63,725 nucleotides of DNA, filler included, from Gemmatimonadota bacterium (GCA_003697105.1; 3 parts of 3 records of this genome joined end to end with filler, not necessarily neighbours in it); one strand, 5' to 3'; counted from the whole stretch's first letter, positions 10,431 through 21,469 are shown. Numbers and translations: made by a program. Notes: generated from the letters alone by a model not told the origin.

Positions 10431-11429
10431 TCAACTGGGCAACTGCTCCCTCAAAATAATGTGCCGTCCCAGCCCAACCAGAAATGCTACCCCACTATAA
10501 AAATAATAAAACCAATGCCACGGGATGACGCTCAGGGCAAAAAACAGCCCGCGTCTTTGCCAAAAAAAACGATAAACCGGTAGATTCAATCCGAAAAGGA
10601 TTACCGAAATCACTACCAGAAGGAGTCCTGCCACCCATGGGATAACCGGTAATAGCATGAATACCCCCACCCAAAGGAATATCAGAACGACACTAAACCG
10701 GTGGGAATAGCGTAAATTCAGATCGTTGGGAAGGTTTTTCTGGATCAAAATCAGCTCGACCCACGGGAGCGCTCGTTTGAAAAAATCGGTTTTAACCATC
10801 GATGCTGCGCTCCAATGTTTCAAATGTTTCACCTGAATCTGTTTGCAGAGCCGAATTTGATGCCCCGCTTGAATGAGCCGGTGACCCAATTCAATATCTT
10901 CAATGGAGGGTTGGGAGTATGTTTCATCAAACCCACCCACCGCTTGAAAAATAGACCGGCGGATACCACCACATGCCCCCCAAAACGTTGTTGCGGTTTC
11001 ATTGGAACATTGATGGACATAGTGATGAAACAGGTTTTTGTATTGGGAGATAAAATTAGGCTCATCTGGCTCATCATCATAAGACCCAATCAGCGCGGCG
11101 ACCTCCGCATGTTGGGTGAACATCGTATAAACCTGATCGATTATTGCCGGTGGAACAGCTATATCCGCATCGATAAAAAAAAGAATTTCATGCTGGGCAA
11201 GCGCCGCACCCCGATTGCGAGCATAAGCGGGTCCCCGGTTGGTGGGAAGTGAAACGGTTCGTACCGCAAATTGATTCGCAATCAAAGCGGATTCCCGATC
11301 ATCGCCATCGACCACAACAATGATCTCGGCAGGAGGAGGTTGAGTCTGGGTCAAATGGGTTAAGCACTGCCGAAATTTTTCACCACCCTGATAAACGGGA
11401 ACAATTACAGAAACCGGTAAAGAACGCAT
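10431..11429 (-). CDS. GT2 glycosyltransferase with C-terminal TM helices
   Basis: SVIVPVY, GPAYARNRG, FIDAD, GGFDE, IEDIELG. Confidence 0.93.
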   Translation of the reverse strand: MRSLPVSVIVPVYQGGEKFRQCLTHLTQTQPPPAEIIVVVDGDDRESALIANQFAVRTVSLPTNRGPAYARNRGAALAQHEILFFIDADIAVPPAIIDQVYTMFTQHAEVAALIGSYDDEPDEPNFISQYKNLFHHYVHQCSNETATTFWGACGGIRRSIFQAVGGFDETYSQPSIEDIELGHRLIQAGHQIRLCKQIQVKHLKHWSAASMVKTDFFKRALPWVELILIQKNLPNDLNLRYSHRFSVVLIFLWVGVFMLLPVIPWVAGLLLVVISVILFGLNLPVYRFFWQRRGLFFALSVIPWHWFYYFYSGVAFLVGLGRHIILREQLPS

Positions 11430-11560
11430 ATTCTAATTACCAAAAATCGATAAAATAATCTTGTGTTTTTGTGCCAATTGATGTTAATTAACTGCTTTGA
11501 AAAACAGTTATACACCAAAATTAACCAAAATACAACCCTAAACTTAGAAAGGAGTTTTTG

Positions 11561-11866
11561 ATGAAGGTCATGGTTGATGTATCTATTGTACCACTAGGTG
11601 TGGGATTATCTCTCTCCAAATATGTGGCAGAATGTGAAAAGGTCTTTTCTACGTTTGACATCAAAACCCATCTTCATCCGTACGGTACTATTCTGGAAGG
11701 GGAGTGGGATGAGGTTTTCGCCGCCATCAAAAAATGTCATGAGGTCTTGCACGAAATAGGTGTACCGCGGATCACCGCCAGTTTACGGGTCGGAACTCGC
11801 ACTGATAAGTCCCAGACGATGGAAGATAAACTTGCCAGTGTGAAAGATAAATTGAACTCAGCATAA
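11561..11866 (+). CDS. MTH1187/YkoF family thiamine-binding-like protein
   Basis: SIVPLG..SLSKYVA, GTILEGEWDEV, RTDK motifs; AAAGGAG RBS. Confidence 0.9.
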   Translation: MKVMVDVSIVPLGVGLSLSKYVAECEKVFSTFDIKTHLHPYGTILEGEWDEVFAAIKKCHEVLHEIGVPRITASLRVGTRTDKSQTMEDKLASVKDKLNSA

Positions 11867-11983
11867 AGCAAACGTTGGCAGTCGGAACATCAAGGCGTTG
11901 CCAAACCAACACCCTGTTTTTTTGCAGTTTGCTTTACCGTCAGTATTAGTCCCCCCTTAACTTTCGGAATCACTTACCTTTTT

Positions 11984-12016
11984 GGCTTCGGGAGTCACTA
12001 CCCGCTTCCCGAAGCC
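11984..12016. terminator. Hairpin, probable intrinsic terminator
   Basis: GGCTTCGGGA...TCCCGAAGCC 10-bp stem with T-rich flanks. Confidence 0.5.
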
Positions 12017-12083
12017 TTCTGATTTTCTCCTTATCTAAAAAACCATTGACAAATTTGTATTAATGCTGTTTTTTGTGCCAAAA

Positions 12084-12101
12084 TAGTTGCATAATCAACT
12101 A
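12084..12101. promoter_or_regulatory. Palindromic operator candidate for the adjacent MarR regulator
   Basis: TAGTTG-N6-CAACTA ending about 25 bp upstream of the marR ATG and enclosing a CATAAT -10-like hexamer. Confidence 0.55.
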
Positions 12102-12125
12102 ACTGTTAGATAGATAGCTCGACCC

Positions 12126-12584
12126 ATGATCGAACCGAAATCAACCGACGAACCGTTAGCTCGGTTCGTGTGGCGTACCGCACGCGCATTTGCCCACCAT
12201 TTAGGGCGGAGTTTCCATCAGGCGGGGTATGATGTCACCCCAGAGCAGTGGAAAATTTTGCGAAATTTATGGGAGCAAGACGGGCAATCCCAGCAACAAT
12301 TGGCGCACTGCTCAGTTAAAGATAAAGCCAGTATTACCAGATTGATAGACGGTTTAGAAAGACGGAATTTAGTAGTCCGTATTCCCGACCAGCACGACCG
12401 CCGGCAAAAGCGAATCTATCTCACGCATCGCGGAAAGGAATTACAGAAACCGCTTTCTGAAATTGTCAAACAGACCCAAGATGTGGCGCAAATGAATATC
12501 AATGAGGCCGATTTAGCCCTTTGTAAAGCCGTACTGCAACAGGTTTATGACAACTTAAACACCCCGCGCTCGGAGAACCCTTAA
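12126..12584 (+). CDS. MarR family transcriptional regulator
   Basis: TPEQW.IL..L, SITRLIDGLE...LVVR.PD..DRR...IYLT..G. Confidence 0.95.
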   Translation: MIEPKSTDEPLARFVWRTARAFAHHLGRSFHQAGYDVTPEQWKILRNLWEQDGQSQQQLAHCSVKDKASITRLIDGLERRNLVVRIPDQHDRRQKRIYLTHRGKELQKPLSEIVKQTQDVAQMNINEADLALCKAVLQQVYDNLNTPRSENP

Positions 12585-12741
12585 ACTCGTTAATCTATCA
12601 ACGAATCCGCGGTTCCATCCAAAAAAAGCTTGATCTATTTGAGGAATGCCGTTATCTATAAGTCCCCTATTAAAACGCTCAAAACGCTCATTTGTTTATC
12701 ATATACTCTTTTTTTAAATCGACCGATTCCGTGAGGACCCA

Positions 12742-13878
12742 ATGAAACGAATTTTGATCAATCTAGTTGCTGTGATGCTCATTGTGGGCGCCAGTTTTGC
12801 CACAATGCGTTTTTTAGCCGCCCAACATCAGGAACAACCCCGCCGGACACCACCACCTCGCCAAAAATTTGTGAATGTCTCGCCGGTTGAACTTCAGGCG
12901 GTGACGGCATCCATTAAGGCATACGGTACGCTGACATCCGCCCAACCGGTGACGTTGTTTAGCGAAGTGACCGGCACGTTGGTTGTCGGGGATGTGGCTT
13001 TCCGCCCAGCGACGTCCTTCCAAAAGGGGGAGGTGTTAATTCAAGTGGATGACCGTCCGGTCACACTCGACCTCAACTCGGCGAAAAGTGATCTGCTCAA
13101 TGCATTGGCATCCGTACTGCCGGAAATTCGGGCAGATTTCCCGGAAGCGTACCCGGTCTGGCAGGCTTATTTTGATGGGATTTCGTTTAGCCAACCTCTC
13201 GCGGAACTTCCGCCCGTGGACAATCAAAAAATCAAGCTATTTCTTTCGCGCTACAATGTCTATCGCTATTATTTCAACATCCGGGATTTAGAGATTCAAC
13301 GGGATAAGCACTATTTTTATGCCCCGTTTGACGGATCGATTGTCTCAGCAGAACTGCAACCGGGTTCAGCGGTGCGGGCAGGCTCGCAACTGGGCAAAAT
13401 CATTAATTTGGAAAATCTGGAAGTCGAAGTGAGCCTTTCCACTGCCGATGTTCAGTGGATTGACCGCCAACAACCGGTTCGGCTAACTTCCGCAGAAGTC
13501 GGTGGTGAATGGATGGGCCAGGTAGCACGGATTGGTAAAACCATTGACCCGCGCACGCAGACGGTGCAAATCTATATCACCCTGAACGCAACACCGGGGG
13601 ATGGACTTTATGAAGGTATCTTTCTGGAAGCGGACATTCCCGGACGGGTGATTGAACGTGCGGTAGAAGTCCCCCAGCGCGCCATTTATAATAACCGCTA
13701 TGTCTATCTGATTGAGAACGGGCGGTTGAAGCGCCAACCGGTGGAAATTGCCCGCAAACAGACGACCTCCGCTATTGTGACCGGTGGGTTAGCGGATGGC
13801 GATTCGCTGGTGGTAGAGGCGTTGCAAGGGGTGGTGCCCGGGATGCTCGCCAAAGTTCGTGAAGGAGGACGCCCCTAA
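12742..13878 (+). CDS. RND efflux periplasmic adaptor (MFP)
   Basis: N-terminal anchor, SEVTG, APFDG, IDPRTQT and GLADGD motifs. Confidence 0.92.
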   Translation: MKRILINLVAVMLIVGASFATMRFLAAQHQEQPRRTPPPRQKFVNVSPVELQAVTASIKAYGTLTSAQPVTLFSEVTGTLVVGDVAFRPATSFQKGEVLIQVDDRPVTLDLNSAKSDLLNALASVLPEIRADFPEAYPVWQAYFDGISFSQPLAELPPVDNQKIKLFLSRYNVYRYYFNIRDLEIQRDKHYFYAPFDGSIVSAELQPGSAVRAGSQLGKIINLENLEVEVSLSTADVQWIDRQQPVRLTSAEVGGEWMGQVARIGKTIDPRTQTVQIYITLNATPGDGLYEGIFLEADIPGRVIERAVEVPQRAIYNNRYVYLIENGRLKRQPVEIARKQTTSAIVTGGLADGDSLVVEALQGVVPGMLAKVREGGRP

Positions 13879-16800
13879 TGCGAAAAATTATAGCCTTTTT
13901 CATCCGGTTTCCCATCTGGACGAATGTCTTGATGTTCAGTTTGTTGGGGTTTGGGGTACTTTCCTTTGGACAGATGAAGTATGCTTTTTTTCCCGAAATG
14001 CCGCCGGATTTTATCTTTGTTCAAGTGCCGTTTCCCGGTGCCTCGCCCGAAGAAGTTGAAGAGGGTGTCGTACTCAAAATTGAGGAGAATCTGGAAGGAA
14101 TAGACGGTGTGGAGCGGGTGACGTCCGTCTCTCGCGAGAACATGGGGCAAGTTAGTGTGGAAGTTCGCAAAGGTGCGGATTTGGATAAGGTGCTGACTGA
14201 GGTTAAAAATGCCGTGGACCGGATTACCTCTTTCCCGCGCGATGCGGAACGCCCGACCATCTATGAACAACAAGGTCGCACGTTTGCCATCTCCTTTGTC
14301 CTTTTTGGGGATTCTGACCTGTATAACCTGAAAACCCTTGCTGAAGAACTACGAGATGACTTGCTGGCAACGGAAGAAATCTCCCAAGTAACCCTTCAAG
14401 GCGTGCCCGAACTGGAAATGTCCATTGAAGTCTCGGAAGCTGATTTACGGCGCTATGGCTTGACCTTCAATGAAATTCGGAATGCCGTCAGTGCCGAAAA
14501 TATCAATATTTCCGGTGGTAAATTTGAAACAAAAGACGAAGAAATTTTAATCCGGGCTTACGGGCGAGAATATTATGCCGCAGAGCTGGAAAAGCTGGTG
14601 GTGCGTGGGAATCCAGACGGTACTGCCATCCGGTTACGGGATGTCGCAACCGTAAAAGAGCAATGGGAGGACTCCCCCAACCGAACTTACTACAACGGGC
14701 GTAATGCTGTGATTGTGAGCGTCGATAAAACCCTCGATGAAGATATTTTAGCCATTGTCAAACGGGCGAAACAGGTGATGGCAGATTACGCCGCCAAACA
14801 TCCTCAAATTGGGGTTGAAGTCCTCCGCGACCAGACCATTTCGCTCCGGCAACGGATCGATTTGTTGACCCGAAATGGTATTTTAGGTCTGTTGTTGGTC
14901 GTTTTTATTGTGGGCTTTTTTATGAATTTACGCCTTTCGTTCTGGGTCTCGATGGGAATTCCCATTTCGTTTGCGGGGATGTTCCTAATTGCCGGCATGA
15001 TTCCGATCACGATCAACGTGATCTCACTTTTTGGGATGATTATTGTGATCGGGATTTTGGTGGATGATGCGATTGTCGTAGGTGAGAACATCTACGCCCA
15101 TTATGAAAATGGCTCCCCACCGCTGAAAGCCGCCGTGGATGGCACGGTTGAAATGCTCGCACCGGTAACTACCTCCGTTTTGACCACCGTAATTGCTTTT
15201 ACGCCATTTTTCTTTTTGGATGGTTTTTTGGGTAAATTTATTTGGCACATGGCAGTGGTGGTTATTGCTTGTCTGATCTTTTCGCTGGTGGAAGCCTTTT
15301 TTATTTTACCGGCACACCTTGCCCATTCTAAAGGGTTACATCCTCACGCGGAAGATAATCCGGTTCGGAAAGCCATTGATGGGTTTATCCACTTTATGAC
15401 GCACCGCATCTACAGCCCGCTGTTGCGGCTTGCTTTGCGCTACAAATGGGTGACCGTAATAGCTCCCGTATCGGGACTTCTGATCACCATTGGCTTAGTG
15501 CGGGGTGGTTTTATCGGCATGACCTATTTTCCGTACATTGATCGGGATAGCGTGCCCATCAACTTGACCCTGGTTTCTGGACGCCAAGAGAGCGATACAA
15601 AAGCCTTTTTAGATCGGATTGAACAGGCGGCATGGGAGGTCAACGCCGAACTCAAAGCCCAGCGTGCCGATGGCAAAGATGTGATCCTCTCGGTCCGGCA
15701 AGATGTTGGTTCCAATGACTTGGGAGACTCCGGCAGCCATGCCGGCAAGGTCACGCTGGAACTTCTCGATGGCGAAACCCGGGATATGAGTAGCCGGGAA
15801 ATCGCGCGGTTCGTCCAACAACGGGTGGGACTCATCCCGGAGGCTCAACAACTCACGTATGGGCGCACCGGCTTTTTTGGCAAACCGATCTCGATCAGCT
15901 TGTTAGGCAACGATATTGAACAACTGATGCGGGCAAAAGACCTCTTGGTGGCAGAGTTGGAAGCCTTCGAGACGCTGAAAGATGTCACCGATTCCAATCA
16001 GGAAGGGCGGCGGGAGATTAACATCCAACTGAAGCCTCGCGCCGAGTCATTGGGCTTGACCCTCAGTGATATTGCCGGACAAGTGCGGCAGGGCTTTTTC
16101 GGGCAGGAAATTCAACGAATCCAACGGGGCACGGATGAAATCCGAGTTTGGGTGCGGTACCGCCCGGAAGACCGGATGTCACTCAAGGATTTGGATCAGA
16201 TGCGTATCCGCACCCCCGATGACGCGGCGTACCCGTTCAGTGAACTGGCAACATACACCATTGACCGGGGCATTGTCACCATCAATCACCTCGATAAAAA
16301 ACGGGAAATCAAGGTCGAAGCGGATCAGGTGGATGTCAAGGATGACCTCCCCGAAATTATGAAAACGATTAAAACCGATGTGATTCCGCGGGTGCTGGCG
16401 CAGGTTAGTGGTGTAACAGTCTCTTTTGAAGGGCAATCGCGCAACCAACAAAAGACATCGCGCTCCATGCAACGAGCATTCCCGCTGGCACTGATCAGCA
16501 TGTTCATTTTGGTGATTTTGGTATTTCGGTCATATCTCCAAGCCGCGCTGATTTTCTCCCTGATTCCGGCCGGTATTATCGGAGCATTTTGGGGACACGG
16601 TATTCAGGGAATTCAGGTCAATATGCTGTCGTTGTACGGCATTATTGCGCTCTCCGGGATTATCATTAACGATAGTATTGTGTTTGTGGATCAGATCAAC
16701 CGGAATCTACGCAAAGGTATTCAGTTGTTTGATGCCGTCCACCGTGCCGGTATATCCCGGTTGCGCCCCATTATCCTCACTACGGCAACCACTGCGGCGG

Positions 16801-17147
16801 GATTAGCACCACTCATCCTAGAGAAATCCCGTCAAGCTCAATTTTTGATCCCGATGGCGGTGTCTGTAGCGTACGGGTTGGTGTTTGGTACGGTGATCCT
16901 GCTGTTCATCCTCCCTGCCGGATTTATGGTGTTGAACCGGTTCCGCATTATTGCTGCCTATCTGGTGGAGGGCTGGCGGCGATTGACTTGGAATGATTAC
17001 CAACCGAAACGAATTACCGCTGAAAACGTGGAGCCGCATGTTCGTGAATTGGCGGTACGGGACGATTTTTACTTGATTCCAGATCAACCCCCGGAAGAAC
17101 TGGAACTGAACGAAGAAGAGCGTCAACTCATGGAGGCAGGCTCATGA
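13878..17147 (+). CDS. RND efflux permease (AcrB/AcrD/AcrF family)
   Basis: 1089 aa; GASPEEVEE, GILVDDAIVVGENI and RLRPIILT motifs. Confidence 0.95.
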   Translation: MRKIIAFFIRFPIWTNVLMFSLLGFGVLSFGQMKYAFFPEMPPDFIFVQVPFPGASPEEVEEGVVLKIEENLEGIDGVERVTSVSRENMGQVSVEVRKGADLDKVLTEVKNAVDRITSFPRDAERPTIYEQQGRTFAISFVLFGDSDLYNLKTLAEELRDDLLATEEISQVTLQGVPELEMSIEVSEADLRRYGLTFNEIRNAVSAENINISGGKFETKDEEILIRAYGREYYAAELEKLVVRGNPDGTAIRLRDVATVKEQWEDSPNRTYYNGRNAVIVSVDKTLDEDILAIVKRAKQVMADYAAKHPQIGVEVLRDQTISLRQRIDLLTRNGILGLLLVVFIVGFFMNLRLSFWVSMGIPISFAGMFLIAGMIPITINVISLFGMIIVIGILVDDAIVVGENIYAHYENGSPPLKAAVDGTVEMLAPVTTSVLTTVIAFTPFFFLDGFLGKFIWHMAVVVIACLIFSLVEAFFILPAHLAHSKGLHPHAEDNPVRKAIDGFIHFMTHRIYSPLLRLALRYKWVTVIAPVSGLLITIGLVRGGFIGMTYFPYIDRDSVPINLTLVSGRQESDTKAFLDRIEQAAWEVNAELKAQRADGKDVILSVRQDVGSNDLGDSGSHAGKVTLELLDGETRDMSSREIARFVQQRVGLIPEAQQLTYGRTGFFGKPISISLLGNDIEQLMRAKDLLVAELEAFETLKDVTDSNQEGRREINIQLKPRAESLGLTLSDIAGQVRQGFFGQEIQRIQRGTDEIRVWVRYRPEDRMSLKDLDQMRIRTPDDAAYPFSELATYTIDRGIVTINHLDKKREIKVEADQVDVKDDLPEIMKTIKTDVIPRVLAQVSGVTVSFEGQSRNQQKTSRSMQRAFPLALISMFILVILVFRSYLQAALIFSLIPAGIIGAFWGHGIQGIQVNMLSLYGIIALSGIIINDSIVFVDQINRNLRKGIQLFDAVHRAGISRLRPIILTTATTAAGLAPLILEKSRQAQFLIPMAVSVAYGLVFGTVILLFILPAGFMVLNRFRIIAAYLVEGWRRLTWNDYQPKRITAENVEPHVRELAVRDDFYLIPDQPPEELELNEEERQLMEAGS

Positions 17148-19447
17148 ACATCATTCAGAGGTTAATCTATAGTTATAGCTGTTTTGTGCTGATTTTTGGA
17201 TTTGGCTTTGCAGGTGTGGCTTTAGCCCAACCGCGCACCGGAGCGATTTACGGGACGGTGACGAACTTCCACACCGGGGAACCGCTCCCAGGTGCAAATG
17301 TGACACTTGTGGGTATGAATTTAGGTACTATTAGCGATGAACAGGGAAACTTTACGCTCGATAATATTCCGGTAGGAACGGTGAGCGTACAGGCATCATT
17401 CATCGGGTTTACCCCGCAGATTAAAGCGGATATTGTGATTTCGCCGGTGCGGGCAAAACAGGTCGATTTTCAGTTGCAGGAACAGCCCATTGCCTTGGAC
17501 GAAATAGAAGTACACCCCGATTATTTTTTCAAGTTACCGGATGCTCCGCTCAGTACCCGCAGCCAATCCAATGAGGAAATTCGGCGCCTACCGGGCGGGT
17601 TTGAGGATGTGATCCGGGCGGTATCGATTCTACCGGGCGTGGCGCAAGTACAAGCCGGGCGAAATGATCTGATCATTCGGGGGGGTGCTCCCTCGGAAAA
17701 TCTCTATCTTGTGGAAGGGATCGAAGTCCGCAATATCAATCACTTCGGTACGCCGGGGGCAAGCGGGGGTCCCCTCAGCTATATCAATTTGGATTTTGTT
17801 CAAGAGACCACCTTTTCCACGGGGGGTTTTGGGGTGCAATACGGTGACCGGCTCTCCTCGGTGCTTTCGCTTGATCTCCGCGAAGGGCGTCGAGACCGGT
17901 TGGGTGGCAAAGCGACGATCTCTGCTACGCAATTTGGGCTAAATCTGGAAGCACCCTTGAGTGAAAAGAGTACCTATCTGTTCTCAGCACGGCGAAGCTA
18001 TCTGGATTTTATTTTCAAAGCAAACGGCTTTAGTTTTGTGCCGGAATATTGGGATTTTTTGGGTAAAATCGATTATGACCTCAATCCGCAGAGCAAAATC
18101 ACCGCATTGGGGATTCTGGCGTTGGATGATGTGAAATATTTTAATGATGATGCCGATGACCGCTTTGAAAATTCGCGAGTGATGGGAAGTGACCAAACCC
18201 AACTGGTGAGTGGTATCAACTGGCGGCATGTGTTCCGCCGGGGATTTTCCAATTTGACGCTAAGCCAGACCTACGTGAAGTATGATGTAGTCCAGCGGGA
18301 CTCCTTGCTAAATGATGTGTTCCGCAACAATGCCCTCGAACATGAAATCGCCTTGAGCGGAAATTACACGGTTGAATTATCGCGCCAACTTGAGATGGCC
18401 GTAGGAGCGCAGGGTAAGATGGTCCGGGTGGAAAATGACATCAAAATTCCGGGATACGAAACCTATTTTGGTGAATTTTTCAGTGTGGATGGGGTATTCG
18501 ATACAACGGCATTTAAGGGGGCCGTTTATGCTCAGCTTACGCCGCGAATCGGTAAATTACGGGCAACTGCCGGTATCCGGGTAGATTATCTTGACCTACT
18601 GGAGGTGCACCCACTTGCGATTTCACCCCGTTTTTCTGCTACTTACGCCTTGACGCCCGTGACCAATCTTAATTTTAGTGTGGGGCAATACCGGCAGGCT
18701 CCGGCGTATGTCTGGTTGATGATGAATCCGGCAAACCGGAACTTAAAACCGGCTGGGACAAACCAATTTATTCTGGGATTTGATCATCTATTGCGGGCAG
18801 ATACAAAAATCAGCCTTGAAGGTTACTACAAGCATTATTTGGATTATGCCACCAGTGTAGATCGACCGTATTTGGTGATGGTCAATACCGGCGCCGGGTT
18901 TGGGGGTAGTGATGATGGCTTTGCCGCCTTTGGGTTCGATGATCTGGTGAGTGAGGGCACGGGGCAGGCATACGGGGTTGAAGTGTTCTTGCAAAAGAAG
19001 CTCTCGGAAATTCCGTGTTACGGCATTTTAAGCCTGACGTACAATCGTGCCGATTTTACTGCCTTGGATGGTGTCGAACGCCCCAGCAGTTTCGATCAAC
19101 GGTGGATTTTCAATGTGGGCGGGGGTTACGTGTTTAACGAAAAATGGGAATTTGCATTGAAATTCCGGTTAGCTACCGGACGTCCTTATACCCCCTTTGA
19201 CGTGGATGGCACCCAATCGGTGGAGCATTACAATTCTGAACGGTTGGATACATACCACAGCCTAGATTTACGGCTAGACCGGCGCTGGCTATTTGACCGT
19301 TCTGTTCTGATTACCTACCTTGATATCCAAAATGTATATAACCACCCAGAAGACAACCCGCCCCGTTGGAATGCCCGCGAACAACGGGTAGAAGTGGATG
19401 AATCTATCGGTGTTCTCCCCTCGGTGGGTATTAGCTGGGGATTTTAG
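17144..19447 (+). CDS. TonB-dependent receptor with N-terminal carboxypeptidase-regulatory-like domain
   Basis: GEPLPGANV...SFIGF N-domain; plug LPGV...IIRGG.PSEN; C-terminal barrel ending ISWGF. Confidence 0.9.
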   Translation: MNIIQRLIYSYSCFVLIFGFGFAGVALAQPRTGAIYGTVTNFHTGEPLPGANVTLVGMNLGTISDEQGNFTLDNIPVGTVSVQASFIGFTPQIKADIVISPVRAKQVDFQLQEQPIALDEIEVHPDYFFKLPDAPLSTRSQSNEEIRRLPGGFEDVIRAVSILPGVAQVQAGRNDLIIRGGAPSENLYLVEGIEVRNINHFGTPGASGGPLSYINLDFVQETTFSTGGFGVQYGDRLSSVLSLDLREGRRDRLGGKATISATQFGLNLEAPLSEKSTYLFSARRSYLDFIFKANGFSFVPEYWDFLGKIDYDLNPQSKITALGILALDDVKYFNDDADDRFENSRVMGSDQTQLVSGINWRHVFRRGFSNLTLSQTYVKYDVVQRDSLLNDVFRNNALEHEIALSGNYTVELSRQLEMAVGAQGKMVRVENDIKIPGYETYFGEFFSVDGVFDTTAFKGAVYAQLTPRIGKLRATAGIRVDYLDLLEVHPLAISPRFSATYALTPVTNLNFSVGQYRQAPAYVWLMMNPANRNLKPAGTNQFILGFDHLLRADTKISLEGYYKHYLDYATSVDRPYLVMVNTGAGFGGSDDGFAAFGFDDLVSEGTGQAYGVEVFLQKKLSEIPCYGILSLTYNRADFTALDGVERPSSFDQRWIFNVGGGYVFNEKWEFALKFRLATGRPYTPFDVDGTQSVEHYNSERLDTYHSLDLRLDRRWLFDRSVLITYLDIQNVYNHPEDNPPRWNAREQRVEVDESIGVLPSVGISWGF

Positions 19448-19477
19448 TATTATTTGCAACTATTGGAGAGGGTTTTA

Positions 19478-20782
19478 ATGAAAAAATGGGGTTTTATCGT
19501 CACTTTAGTGCTATTCACATCAATAAGTTATGCCCAGACCCAAATGAAGGTGGAAGACGCTATCCGCATTGGTTTGGAACACAATTACGAGATTCAGATT
19601 GCCCGTAACACGGCTGCTATCAGCGATTATAATACCGGTAAAGGTACTGCCGGATTTTTACCCTCCGTGGAATTCTCCGCTAATTACACCGTAACCCAAT
19701 CCGGTGAGGAGGGGAATTCCTCCCAAAGTTTAGATGAATCCACCACCCGGCGACTCAGTGCGCGGGTGAACCTCAATTGGACGGTATTTGATGGTTTTCG
19801 GATGTTTATCAACCGGGATCGCTATCGATCTTTAGCACAACAAAGTGAATATCAATTACGCGCTACCATTGAGAATATGGTTGTAGCGATCTCTCGCGCC
19901 TATTTTGATCTGGTACAGCAGAGCCAACTACTGGAAGTTGCCCAAAGTTCGCTGGCAATTTCGCAGGAGCGGCTGGATAAGATCACCCTACGCAATGCGT
20001 TAGGGGGGGCATCCACGAGTGAGGTATTGCAGGCACAAGTGGCACTAAATGCGGATCAAACGGCGGTTTGGAATCAGGAACTCCAAGTGGAAATTGCCCG
20101 TAAAAACCTAAATGTGCTGCTGGGACGGCATCCACAAACACCCGTTATGGTTGAGAATGAAATTGAGGTGCCGGTACTCAATTTGACACTTGCACAACTG
20201 CTGGAACGGGCGACAGCACGCAATAGTTCCTTGCAAATTGCCCGGCAAGGGTTGCAGGTGGCGCGGCACGATGCCGGTTTGGCTGCATCCACCTTCTACC
20301 CGCGACTGTCGTTCAGCGGCGGTTATACCTATACGGATTTTTCACTTGTGAGTGATGAACTACCGGTGGATACGGAAACCACCACCAATGACCTCAGTGT
20401 GGGGCTGGTATTGTCCTACACCATTTTTAATGGTTTTCAACACAAAATCGATTGGCAAAATGCGAAAATACAAGCCCGTAATGCCGAAATGAATCTGATG
20501 GATGTGGAAAATCAACTGCAAAACTTGGTGGAGCAGACCTATGATGCTTATCAAACACGGATTGATATTGTCTCGTTAGAAACAGAAAATGTAGCGGTTG
20601 CCCGCCGAAATTTGCAGTTGGTGCAAGACCGGTATGAACTGGGGACGGTTTCCGCACTGGATTTTCGGGATGCCCAAGTCAGTTTGAGCCGGGCACAAAC
20701 AGCATTGATTGGTGCCCGTTATCAAGCGCGAATGACCTATCTGGAGTTGGAGCAACTCACCGGCAACATCACCTTTGACTAG
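19478..20782 (+). CDS. TolC family outer-membrane efflux protein
   Basis: Signal peptide; two OEP repeats (FLPSV..., FYPRL...), RYELG...LDFRDAQ. Confidence 0.93.
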   Translation: MKKWGFIVTLVLFTSISYAQTQMKVEDAIRIGLEHNYEIQIARNTAAISDYNTGKGTAGFLPSVEFSANYTVTQSGEEGNSSQSLDESTTRRLSARVNLNWTVFDGFRMFINRDRYRSLAQQSEYQLRATIENMVVAISRAYFDLVQQSQLLEVAQSSLAISQERLDKITLRNALGGASTSEVLQAQVALNADQTAVWNQELQVEIARKNLNVLLGRHPQTPVMVENEIEVPVLNLTLAQLLERATARNSSLQIARQGLQVARHDAGLAASTFYPRLSFSGGYTYTDFSLVSDELPVDTETTTNDLSVGLVLSYTIFNGFQHKIDWQNAKIQARNAEMNLMDVENQLQNLVEQTYDAYQTRIDIVSLETENVAVARRNLQLVQDRYELGTVSALDFRDAQVSLSRAQTALIGARYQARMTYLELEQLTGNITFD

Positions 20783-20803
20783 GAGGGGGGACAAGTCGTA
20801 TCT

Positions 20804-21469
20804 ATGTTAGCCGTCTTACAATCTCTGGAAGCTCGTTGGCTAGAGTTTGGGCTTTTGGCGTTTACCTCGCTGTTTACCATGATTAATCCGCTAGGGATCA
20901 TTCCGGTTTATACGACTCTGACCACCAATCTATCGGGTAAACAGGCGCACCGGGTGGCACTGAAAGCAGTACTTACCGCCCTGATCATTCTGGTACTGTT
21001 TGCGTTGACGGGTAAATTTATTTTTGATTTTTTCTCGATTTCGGTCAATAGCTTAAAGATTGTGGGTGGGGTGATTTTTTTTATGACCGGTTATGATATG
21101 CTTCAAGCACGTCTGAGCCGCACCAAAGATGATGGAGAAAGTCACGCCGATTATGCCAGTGATATTGCCATCACCCCTTTGGCGATCCCAATTACCTGTG
21201 GTCCGGGAGCCATTACGATGGTGATCATCTTGATGAAAGAGAGTGTACAGATCGAACAAAAAATCCTCCTTTTTTCGGCGATTTTCGCGGTTCTACTGGT
21301 GACCTATCTGCTTTTACTGAGTGCACGGAGAGTCATACAATTTTTGGGTGAGAGCGGCAACAAAGTGATGTTGCGGATCATGGGCTTAATCGTCATGGTG
21401 ATTTCTGTGGAATTCTTTTTTGCCGGTTTAAAACCCATTCTCCGGGATATTCTGATGATTCATCCCTAA
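20804..21469 (+). CDS. MarC family membrane protein
   Basis: INPLG, ITPLAIP..CGPGAI, RIMGLI. Confidence 0.93.
   Translation: MLAVLQSLEARWLEFGLLAFTSLFTMINPLGIIPVYTTLTTNLSGKQAHRVALKAVLTALIILVLFALTGKFIFDFFSISVNSLKIVGGVIFFMTGYDMLQARLSRTKDDGESHADYASDIAITPLAIPITCGPGAITMVIILMKESVQIEQKILLFSAIFAVLLVTYLLLLSARRVIQFLGESGNKVMLRIMGLIVMVISVEFFFAGLKPILRDILMIHP

Noticed and set aside
11430-11560. TPP riboswitch upstream of the thiamine-binding-like gene
   Set aside because: AT-rich spacer without the conserved CTGAGA core.
11463-12082. Repeated TTTTTGTGCCAA (TGGCAC on minus strand) as sigma54 promoters
   Set aside because: The -12 GC element is absent or mis-spaced.
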